36,353 nt of DNA from assembly GCA_043742365.1 (NCBI GenBank), contig JAYTYM010000016.1, forward strand, positions 1 to 36,353, given 5' to 3'. The position numbers were made by a program, and so were the translations under genes. The stretch's first letter is position 1. Each line of letters begins with the position of its first letter. The notes beneath the pieces are model-generated. The model searched no databases, was not told where the DNA came from, and saw only the letters and a program-made list of their open reading frames with translations. Below, piece by piece: positions 8,583-15,345 of the stretch. Source of the DNA: a bacterium (GTDB lineage Bacteria; Patescibacteriota; Minisyncoccia; Phycocordibacterales; UBA6899).

Positions 8583-10112
8583 ATGGACTTTACAACGGTT
8601 ATCGCAATCGGTGTTGGCTCAGGGATATTCGGTCTTATCGCCGGATACGTCATCCGCTGGGCACTTACCGTAGGGAAAAAGGGCTCGATTGAGATCGAGG
8701 TCAAACAAATGATGCTTTCTGCAAAGGAAGACGCACAAAAGGTAGTACAAGAAGCCGAAAAAAAGGCAGAGCATCATGCCTTAGAGCTCAAAAATTCTGA
8801 AAAAGAAAAGGAGCGAGAATGGAAGCGTACTGAAGAACGTTTAGTTAAAAAGGAGGAGCTACTCGATGGCAGACAAACCGACATCGACAAAGAAGTCGAG
8901 TCAATCAAAGGTAAGGCTGAGGAAATACGCGGTATAAAGACCGAGATCGAAGAGCGCAAGAAAGCGGTAGAGGTTGAGCTTGAACGGGTCGCAGGACTTT
9001 CCGAAGAAGAGGCCAAGCAAAGCCTGATCAAGAAGATCGATGAACGCTTTGAAGAAGATTTTCGTGTGCGCCTGCAGAAGCTCGAGCGCGAGGGCATAGA
9101 ACGCCTCGATCGTCGAGCTAAAGACATACTTTCTACCTCCATCCAGCGCCTCGCTGCTTCAACTGCGGGCGACATTATGACAACCTCGGTCAATATTCCA
9201 AACGACGAGATCAAGGGTAAGATCATCGGTAAAGAAGGCCGCAATATCCGCACCTTTGAGCGCTCTGCGGGTGTTGAGCTCATCGTCGACGATACCCCAG
9301 GAACTATCGTCATCTCCGCATTTGACCCAGTGCGCCGCCAGATAGCGCGCGTCGCACTTGAAAATCTTATTCTCGATGGCCGCATACAGCCTTCCAAGAT
9401 CGAAGAAATGTGTGAAAAAGCAAAAGATGACATCAATAAGATCATAAAAGAGAAGGGCGAGCAGGCCGTGTATGAGTGTGGAGTATTCAATCTTGACCCT
9501 CGCATCATCTCAATACTTGGCCGTCTGTACTTCCGTACGAGCTTTGGTCAGAACGTTCTTCAGCACTCCGTCGAAATGGGTCACATTGCTGGTATGCTCG
9601 CAGAAGAGCTTGGTGCAGATGTGCAAATTGCTAAAGCCGGTGCACTCTTGCATGACATCGGTAAGGCCCTTGACCATGAAGTACAGGGTACACATGTCGA
9701 CATCGGACGAAGGATACTTCAAAAATTCGGCGCAGATGAGCGCATCATTAAAGCGATGCAGTCGCACCATGAGGAATATCCTTACGAAACAATTGAATCG
9801 ATCATCGTCCAGACTGCAGATGCCATATCAGGTGGTCGCCCTGGTGCACGTCGTGAGTCAGTTGAAAACTACATTAAGAAACTTGAAGACCTCGAAAAGA
9901 TAGCGATCACAAAGCCAGGAGTTGAGAAAGCATACGCTCTTGCTGCAGGACGTGAGATCCGTGTCTTCGTTACACCAACTGCCATGAACGATATCGAAGC
10001 ACAGTCACTTGCTCGCGATATCGCCATACAGATTGAGCAAGAGATAAAGTATCCGGGTGAAATAAAGATCACCGTGATTCGTGAAACACGCTGTATTGAG
10101 TACGCCAGATAG
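8583..10112 (+). CDS. rny: Ribonuclease Y
   Basis: N-terminal TM segment, coiled coil, KH domain (GKIIGKEGRNIR) and HD domain (LLHDIGKA). Confidence 0.95.
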   Translation: MDFTTVIAIGVGSGIFGLIAGYVIRWALTVGKKGSIEIEVKQMMLSAKEDAQKVVQEAEKKAEHHALELKNSEKEKEREWKRTEERLVKKEELLDGRQTDIDKEVESIKGKAEEIRGIKTEIEERKKAVEVELERVAGLSEEEAKQSLIKKIDERFEEDFRVRLQKLEREGIERLDRRAKDILSTSIQRLAASTAGDIMTTSVNIPNDEIKGKIIGKEGRNIRTFERSAGVELIVDDTPGTIVISAFDPVRRQIARVALENLILDGRIQPSKIEEMCEKAKDDINKIIKEKGEQAVYECGVFNLDPRIISILGRLYFRTSFGQNVLQHSVEMGHIAGMLAEELGADVQIAKAGALLHDIGKALDHEVQGTHVDIGRRILQKFGADERIIKAMQSHHEEYPYETIESIIVQTADAISGGRPGARRESVENYIKKLEDLEKIAITKPGVEKAYALAAGREIRVFVTPTAMNDIEAQSLARDIAIQIEQEIKYPGEIKITVIRETRCIEYAR

Positions 10113-10130
10113 AACATATTTTACTGTCGT

Positions 10131-10160
10131 AAACAAAGGCCCCTTCTGGGGCCTTTGTTT
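10131..10160. terminator. Bidirectional terminator between rny and the convergent small ORF
   Basis: AAACAAAGGCCCC-UUCU-GGGGCCUUUGUUU, 13 bp. Confidence 0.8.
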
Positions 10161-10190
10161 ATAGAAGGAAAATATCCTTATATTTACTGA

Positions 10191-10376
10191 TTATTCTGGG
10201 ATCATCGGCCCATCTATCATTTTAGGAGCACTTGCATCAACTTGCTCATCAAGCGAACCTCTCAGGTAAGCGCCTGACTGGTAATTCTCTGTTCCGTCGG
10301 CTTGGGCCAACGCATCAGCAACCTGCTCTTGAGCTTCAGTTGGCTCTATTTCTCCTAAGTTATATCGTTCTGGCAT
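10191..10376 (-). CDS. Small acidic hypothetical protein (61 aa)
   Basis: ORF with a plausible upstream TTGACA-type promoter on the minus strand. No known domain. Confidence 0.45.
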   Translation of the reverse strand: MPERYNLGEIEPTEAQEQVADALAQADGTENYQSGAYLRGSLDEQVDASAPKMIDGPMIPE

Positions 10377-10598
10377 GATATTTTAATCTAGTTGTTATGT
10401 AAATATACTATAACAAAATTGAGATTTGTCAATTTTTGACAGCATGAGAGTTATCCACTCCTAAATAATGGCTTTATTGCGTGGAAAATGGCTTCCTATA
10501 TAATGATTCCAGAGGTTAATCCCTCTGCATGCAGAGTTATTCGTGTAGCTCACGATTAACCAAGCTATATTTTATTAGCATCTGCTAATTCGAAAACG

Positions 10599-10871
10599 AT
10601 GAACAAGCAGTCAATTGTTGAAGCAGTCCATGAGAAACTCGGCGGCACGAAAGTCGCTGCAGAGCAAGCTGTTGAGACGATGATCGAAACGATCACGGGA
10701 GGCCTTACGAAAGGCGACGAGGTCTCGATCGCCGGACTCGGCATTTTCTCAGTAAAGACTCGCGCTGCACGCACCGCACGCAATCCGCGAACGGGCGAGG
10801 CTATCAAGGTCGCAGCGATGCGTGTCCCCAAGTTCCGCGCTGCAAAGGCGCTCAAGGACGCGGTCAAATAG
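10599..10871 (+). CDS. hup: Nucleoid-associated DNA-binding protein HU
   Basis: 90 aa. GLGIFSVKTRAARTARNPRTGE beta-arm motif. Confidence 0.95.
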   Translation: MNKQSIVEAVHEKLGGTKVAAEQAVETMIETITGGLTKGDEVSIAGLGIFSVKTRAARTARNPRTGEAIKVAAMRVPKFRAAKALKDAVK

Positions 10872-10904
10872 GTTTTATAGAAGAACTCGGTTCATCAAAC
10901 ATAC

Positions 10905-10936
10905 ACACAAAAGCCGCCGCAAGGCGGCTTTTGTGT
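10905..10936. terminator. Bidirectional terminator
   Basis: ACACAAAAGCCGCC-GCAA-GGCGGCUUUUGUGU, 14 bp. Confidence 0.8.
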
Positions 10937-10954
10937 TACCTCTGTTACTTATAG

Positions 10955-11485
10955 TTAAACATGACTGAGAATGAATTCTGCTCTCTCGTGCGGTGAAAGA
11001 ACGGGGACTACAGTCGGTGTGTATCCAAATTCCCTGTATGCATTAAACAGTGCCTGATGTATTGAGTCGCGATATTCAGCTGTCTCTTTTCTAACTTCAT
11101 CTGGCTCATATCCGGGCAAAAGTTCTAGGATGAAAACCTGCGCATAGCGCAAATGCGCGTCTTGATACGCATGCAGTGGCACGCTTACATTGCCCAACTT
11201 ACTGTACGCATAACTATCGAGTATTCCACGATCGAGGAATACTTTGTCGTCAGATAACGCAAATTCAAGCTCTGCCTGCTTCATAACGACTTTTTCTTGA
11301 AAAAGCGCGAGGTCTTTCCACGGCAACACATCACTCCCCTTTAACTGTTCTTCTTCAATGACCATGCGTGCTGTTTCAGGTACAACCGGATATCCTTTCG
11401 CTTTTAGAATATCAACGACTGTGGTTTTTCCTGTGAATGGACCGCCAGTGAGTACATACTTTTTAGTTACTCGTTTTGTAGTCAT
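10955..11485 (-). CDS. AAA_28/NadR-C-terminal-like P-loop ATPase
   Basis: Walker A GGPFTGKTT near the N-terminus, then VFLDRGILDSYAY. Start set at MTTKRVTKK (11485) to avoid overlap with msrB. Confidence 0.75.
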   Translation of the reverse strand: MTTKRVTKKYVLTGGPFTGKTTVVDILKAKGYPVVPETARMVIEEEQLKGSDVLPWKDLALFQEKVVMKQAELEFALSDDKVFLDRGILDSYAYSKLGNVSVPLHAYQDAHLRYAQVFILELLPGYEPDEVRKETAEYRDSIHQALFNAYREFGYTPTVVPVLSPHERAEFILSHV

Positions 11486-11492
11486 TTCCTGT

Positions 11493-11978
11493 TTAATCTG
11501 GGATAAATAGTAACGCCACCCCATTCATACACCATCGCTTGCCAAGAGGAGGAGGTCCATCATCAAAAACATGGCCCAAATGCGCGTGCGTGTCTGCCGT
11601 CAATACTTCAATGCGAGATACGCCGAGCTGTACGTCGTCCTTAAATATTACTGACTCCTTGCTTATCGGCTTAGTAAAACTTGGCCACCCTGTCCCAGAA
11701 TCAAATTTATCCTCAGAGCGAAAAAGAGGCAATCTGCTGTCTGCGCTTACGAAAGTACCCATACGATGTTCATTATTGAGCGAGCTTGTAAATGGCGCCT
11801 CAGTTCCAGATTGGTACATTACATAATATGCTTCCCTAGAAAGTCTCGAGCGTATATCGGTAGTGGTCGCGACAATATTCTTACTCAGCTCATGAGGAAA
11901 TACATAGGGTACGTAGCGATAGCTAAGAACGGCCAAAAACACTACTGCTGAGAATATGAGGGGTGTGTGTTTGGTCAT
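11493..11978 (-). CDS. msrB: Peptide-methionine (R)-S-oxide reductase MsrB with N-terminal membrane anchor
   Basis: GTGWPSF and HLGHVFDDGP..RWCMN motifs. The N-terminal TM segment is LIFSAVVFLAVLSY. No CxxC zinc pairs. Confidence 0.9.
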   Translation of the reverse strand: MTKHTPLIFSAVVFLAVLSYRYVPYVFPHELSKNIVATTTDIRSRLSREAYYVMYQSGTEAPFTSSLNNEHRMGTFVSADSRLPLFRSEDKFDSGTGWPSFTKPISKESVIFKDDVQLGVSRIEVLTADTHAHLGHVFDDGPPPLGKRWCMNGVALLFIPD

Positions 11979-12090
11979 GTGGTAAGTATAGAAAATTTGA
12001 TGGGCGAGAGAATTACTGATGATAGCTGCAGGTACTTTCGCTTAAGTTGGCGCAGTGGATATATTTCGAACCTGTTTGGTGGGCAAATGA

Positions 12091-13614
12091 CTATTGGAGA
12101 CTTAGTTTATATATTGAAACGAGGGTTGAAGATCCTACTTCCTTTGAGGTTTCAAAATACACGATGCCAGGGGTTGATTTGTTTTCAATAAAATTCCTCA
12201 CATCATACTCACCACTTACTTTTTTCTCATCGAAAAAAAGACTACCTTTTGCGGTTGGCTGTGGCTTGTCCAAGGCGATGTATGCAAGTTTCCCATCAAT
12301 ACTTTTTAGGGAGAAAGGATTGATAATTCCAGCCAGCTCTTTCTCGTCATAAAAGATGTGATTTTCTCTGGTTGAACTATCGTATTTTGAATATTCAAGC
12401 TTCCCAGCAATTTCACTAAATTGTGGAGGACTATCCATCTTTGTCTTCGCGACTAACCGACTTCCAAGGTAAAGTCGTGCTTCTTTGGAAGAGTAATCTG
12501 TTGCGAGATAGGCTGGCTTCCCCGTGGCCTCTATCAGTTTTGCGATACTATTAGCAGACTGAATCATGTTTCCATCGAAGTAAAGTTGCTGAGAATCCTC
12601 TGTCGTTTTACCACTGATGTAAGCGAGCTTCCCAGAAATTTTCCTTATCTCAATATTATATGATCCGTCTGCTGTAATTTTTTTTCCATCTTCAAAAAGC
12701 GTTTGAGTTGTAGGATATTCGCTTCCTAAGTATCCGCCAATATCCTTTGGTGGGGTTTTATCAACAAATGTGAGAGTAGTGTAGGCGAGTTTACCATTAT
12801 TCTCCTCTAGATAATCCGGTATCTCATATGCAGAGATGACTTCTTTTCCATTGAAATAGAGCGTATCGGTATTCGCAGAAAAATCATGAATTATATATGA
12901 TAGTCCTTTGCTGGTCATTTTGAAATTCTTTATGTCTTGCCCAGTTACAATTTTCTTTCCACCAAAAAACAATGTCTTCTGTTTTGAAGCTTTATCGTAG
13001 ACGGTATAGGCGAGTTTCCCATCTATTTCTTTAACGTCAAACATGTCAGTCAAGCTTGTAACAGGAGCGGTTGCGAGCATCTCTGTACCATAATAAAGTG
13101 AGTGGGCTAAGGATTTTGTGTCATTACTGATATACATAAGTTTCCCAGCCAATTCCTGCATAATAAAAACATTTTCAGTAATCTTTGCCTCGTTCAAGAA
13201 TAATGAATTACTAAGATTGTGTTTTATGGTGTATGCAATGTCACCAGTTGAAAGGAGTGCGGTTTCACCGAGATAAGTACCATTACGATCATTTGATTCC
13301 GCGAGTGTTTTTGCAGCTTTTGCGGGTATGGTTAGTGTCTTTACTAAAATTGGCTCAGGCGATTGAGGCACTCCCACGACTGGAGTAGCTGTACTTGCGC
13401 TACTACGATTAGTTGAGGATGACACGGACGAACCCGAAAGACCTGGCACAACTGCCGTAGTCCCTGATGCTTCTGGTTTAAGAGGTGAGCTCGAAGCAAA
13501 ATTGTTTACGATAGTAGTCGGATCATTGGTTAGAAAATAGCCTCCTGCTATTACGAGTGCAACCATAGACGTTCCAGCAGCGACAATCCAAAGTACTAAT
13601 TTATTTTGTTCCAT
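12091..13614 (-). CDS. Membrane-anchored repeat protein (about 9 repeats of roughly 45 aa centred on G-K-L-A-Y)
   Basis: N-terminal TM segment and a Ser/Thr/Pro linker. Repeats then follow: DGKLAYTVYD, NGKLAYTTL, SGKLAYISG, TGKPAYLAT, AGKLEYSKYD, DGKLAYIALD, AGKLMYISND. Confidence 0.8.
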   Translation of the reverse strand: MEQNKLVLWIVAAGTSMVALVIAGGYFLTNDPTTIVNNFASSSPLKPEASGTTAVVPGLSGSSVSSSTNRSSASTATPVVGVPQSPEPILVKTLTIPAKAAKTLAESNDRNGTYLGETALLSTGDIAYTIKHNLSNSLFLNEAKITENVFIMQELAGKLMYISNDTKSLAHSLYYGTEMLATAPVTSLTDMFDVKEIDGKLAYTVYDKASKQKTLFFGGKKIVTGQDIKNFKMTSKGLSYIIHDFSANTDTLYFNGKEVISAYEIPDYLEENNGKLAYTTLTFVDKTPPKDIGGYLGSEYPTTQTLFEDGKKITADGSYNIEIRKISGKLAYISGKTTEDSQQLYFDGNMIQSANSIAKLIEATGKPAYLATDYSSKEARLYLGSRLVAKTKMDSPPQFSEIAGKLEYSKYDSSTRENHIFYDEKELAGIINPFSLKSIDGKLAYIALDKPQPTAKGSLFFDEKKVSGEYDVRNFIENKSTPGIVYFETSKEVGSSTLVSIYKLSLQ

Positions 13615-13682
13615 CCTAAAATCATATCACACTAAAACTGAAAAATCCCTTGGTTGAGGGAGTTCTTGGTGAAGACTGAAGT

Positions 13683-13797
13683 TGGTCAGTAGGGAGAATC
13701 GATTCCCCGGCGCAAGTGAAGCAGCGACCAAAATCACTTGAGCGTAGCGATTTGAGATTGGAAGTACTCTTGTGGTGTTCACTTGCTTCCCGCACCA
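13683..13797. ncRNA. tRNA-associated structured element A (short form of element B at 24246..24487); strand unresolved
   Basis: The 46-nt core at 13720-13765 matches 24358-24403 at 44/46. It is enclosed by the 9-bp helix 13712-13720 / 13778-13786, which covaries with copy B. A T-arm-like hairpin GGGGAAUCGAUUCUCCC lies at one end. Confidence 0.5.
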
Positions 13798-13840
13798 ATA
13801 TAAAAAAATCCTCTAAAGGATTTTTTTATATTGGTGCGGG
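13789..13840. terminator. Long perfect hairpin that incorporates the CCA end of the preceding tRNA-like element
   Basis: cccgcaccaatataaaaaaatcc-tctaaa-ggatttttttatattggtgcggg, 23-bp arms. Confidence 0.6.
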
Positions 13841-13989
13841 ACGGGAGAATCGAAGTCACGAATCACTAAATCTTTTTCGCTTTGCTCAAAAGCTTAAGTG
13901 TTCTCGACCCCGGCGCGCCACCTCACAAAGCTTCGGTATGCCTTGCGCCCAGTTCGATTCTCCGGAAGCTATGCTTCCTCCGTCCTCGC
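13832..13989 (-). ncRNA. tRNA-Gly-derived minihelix-like element with masked T-loop and about 100-nt insert; ends ..GUCCCGCACCA
   Basis: The 3' end UUCGAUU-CUCCC-GUCCCGC-A-CCA equals the T-loop, T-stem and acceptor of the adjacent tRNA-Gly(UCC). The 5' end GCG(A)GGAC mimics the acceptor 5' strand. The hairpin GGAAGC-AUA-GCUUCC follows. GGAGAAUCGAA (13953-13963 on plus) is the exact complement of UUCGAUUCUCC (13844-13854 on plus). Confidence 0.55.
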
Positions 13990-13990
13990 A

Positions 13991-14037
13991 TCGACAGCAA
14001 CAAAAAACGGCACAATGCCGTTTTTTGTTGCTGTCGA
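13991..14037. terminator. Perfect 22-bp hairpin between tRNA-Gly(UCC) and the minihelix-like element
   Basis: tcgacagcaacaaaaaacggca-caa-tgccgttttttgttgctgtcga. Confidence 0.6.
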
Positions 14038-14038
14038 G

Positions 14039-14109
14039 TGCGGGACGGGAGAATCGAACTCCCACCAAGAGTTTGGAAAACTCCTATTCTACCATTAAAC
14101 TAGTCCCGC
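14039..14109 (-). tRNA. tRNA-Gly (anticodon UCC), CCA not encoded
   Basis: GCGGGAC-UA-GUUU-AAUGGUA-GAAU-A-GGAGU-UUUCCAA-ACUCU-UGGU-GGGAG-UUCGAUU-CUCCC-GUCCCGC-A. All four stems pair. Confidence 0.93.
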
Positions 14110-14130
14110 ATTATTTTTGATTTACTAAAG

Positions 14131-14384
14131 TTCACCAAGAGTTTGGAAAGGCCTGTAGGCACTTCCAAATTTATACTTACTGCGGTCGTTAAATTTTTAG
14201 GTCGGTGCGCGAAATGGGAATTTCGGCACACTTCCAAATTTATACTCCTTACAGGAGCTGTCCACTTATTGGGTCTTTTTCAAAAGCCCTCAATGAGTCT
14301 TACGGTGCGGGTCCCGTACCCACACCTCACGCTCTGCTCCTTAAATTTTAGGTCGCTCCCATTCTACCCTTAAACTAGTCCCGC
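14131..14384 (-). ncRNA. Promoter-proximal composite: a perfect tRNA-Gly 5' half (14355-14384) fused to about 220 nt of structured repeat modules, with no T-arm
   Basis: GCGGGAC-UA-GUUU-AAGGGUA-GAAU-G-GGAGC is followed by two CGACCUAAAA..UAUAAAUUUGGAAGUG modules. There is an 18-nt exact direct repeat at 14160-14177 and 14229-14246. A copy of the window-start module sits at 14258-14348. A 17-nt duplicate of the tRNA-Gly(UCC) anticodon/variable region lies at 14133-14149 (= 14063-14079). Confidence 0.5.
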
Positions 14385-14418
14385 ACTGACGTTCGGCTCA
14401 AACTTGAACGTGCTTCGT

Positions 14419-14447
14419 ATCCTAACAAATTGACATCCGATAGGCAA
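14419..14447 (-). promoter_or_regulatory. Candidate promoter for the minus-strand tRNA-Gly(UCC) locus
   Basis: On the minus strand: TTGCCT, 17-nt spacer, TAGGAT, about 34 nt upstream of the tRNA-like 5' end. Confidence 0.4.
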
Positions 14448-14494
14448 CGGGTAAAAATGATGTAAGAAGTACGTTAAATACGAAAGGGGTTGGT

Positions 14495-15286
14495 GTGAGT
14501 AAACGAAACACAGATGCAGGCTTGGCTAAATCTGTTGATAAAAATGCAGCTGCTTTCCGTATCTGCGCGAAGATATTTGAGTTTTGGCGATTAACCGAAC
14601 TTGAGTCTTCTCGCATGCTTAGGCTCAGTTATGAAGAGTGGCAAAGTGCAAAATGTGCACGATCTTTACCAGCAAAAGCACTTGATGATCTTTCGCGCAT
14701 ACTTTGGATAGCAAGACTATGTACGGATCTTTACCCGCTCGACAAAGAACTCAGCGTGGCATGGCTGCGCAAAAATATCTTTGAAGAACCATTTTGGGGC
14801 ATGTCACCGCTTTATTTTATGCTCTCGAAAAGTGAGGAGCCGCTCGCGAGAACGCATCGCTTTCTTGCTCTGAAATTTGATACATGGGGCGCCCTACGTG
14901 ATGAGCGCAATGAGCTCGTGTACTTAAACGATGAGTTGCGCATCAGCGATGAGCCTATCGATACACTTATGTGCATGGCACTTCGTGTAGCGCGGTCCTG
15001 GCAACTTTCTGCACAAGAAGAGCGAGGACTTTTGGGAACAGAGTTTTCTTCAAATTCTGATTGTAGGGGGTTGCGCCCCGACACGTTGGTCAAAGCACGA
15101 ATGATAGTCCTTATTGATCTTGTTCTCTGGCACATATTTCATGATGGCAATAAAGTCGCCGCATGGGTACGAGCAAACAATATGCATCCCCTTTTTGAAG
15201 AAAAATCGCCACTTCAATTGCTGTGTTCAGGCGATGTAGGGGTTATGAAAGTCGTTTATGCATACCTCCGCAACATTTCACCGTAG
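14495..15286 (+). CDS. Tandem-duplicated Xre-like/DUF2384 (MbcA/ParS-type) antitoxin-domain protein
   Basis: Two similar halves. Each ends in the DUF2384-like signature: WLRKNIFEEPFWGMSPLYFML and WVRANNMHPLFEEKSPLQLLCSGDVGVMKVVYAYL. GTG start with AAGGGG upstream. Confidence 0.7.
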   Translation: MSKRNTDAGLAKSVDKNAAAFRICAKIFEFWRLTELESSRMLRLSYEEWQSAKCARSLPAKALDDLSRILWIARLCTDLYPLDKELSVAWLRKNIFEEPFWGMSPLYFMLSKSEEPLARTHRFLALKFDTWGALRDERNELVYLNDELRISDEPIDTLMCMALRVARSWQLSAQEERGLLGTEFSSNSDCRGLRPDTLVKARMIVLIDLVLWHIFHDGNKVAAWVRANNMHPLFEEKSPLQLLCSGDVGVMKVVYAYLRNISP

Positions 15287-15345
15287 TCTTATGCTGCGGT
15301 CTTTTTATTTTGAGACAAAAGCAAAAAGCAGCTATAATTACACGT

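Noticed and set aside
13705-13735. SRP (4.5S) RNA, suggested by GNRA-like GCAA/GUGA followed by GAAGCAGC
   Set aside because: The 5' side lacks the conserved domain IV motif. The same nucleotides are engaged in the covarying 9-bp helix with 13778-13786, which is incompatible with an SRP hairpin.
14131-14250. T-box riboswitch, suggested by a GGA codon-like UUGGAA motif facing an anticodon-loop copy
   Set aside because: There is no T-box antiterminator sequence (..GGUGG.ACCGCG..) and no downstream aminoacyl-tRNA synthetase or amino-acid gene. The element precedes a tRNA.
14131-14354. Complete group I intron in a tRNA-Gly anticodon loop
   Set aside because: Some motifs loosely resemble what I recall of tRNA IC3 intron sequences. 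However, I could not assemble P3/P7/P8 with a G-binding site, and no 3' exon with a T-arm follows. It is kept only as a hypothesis to test with cmsearch.
13716-14373. ORF-track ORFs inside the tRNA-Gly(UCC) locus (13716..14120, 13882..14103, 13886..14068, 13898..14098, 14143..14373)
   Set aside because: They run through a bona fide tRNA gene, perfect hairpins and repeat modules. They have no start context and low-complexity translations. They are treated as non-coding.
13683-14384. CRISPR array interpretation of the repeated hairpins and repeats near the tRNAs
   Set aside because: There is no regular repeat-spacer periodicity. The repeats are of unequal length, partly inverted, and derived from tRNA sequence. 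No cas genes are in the window.
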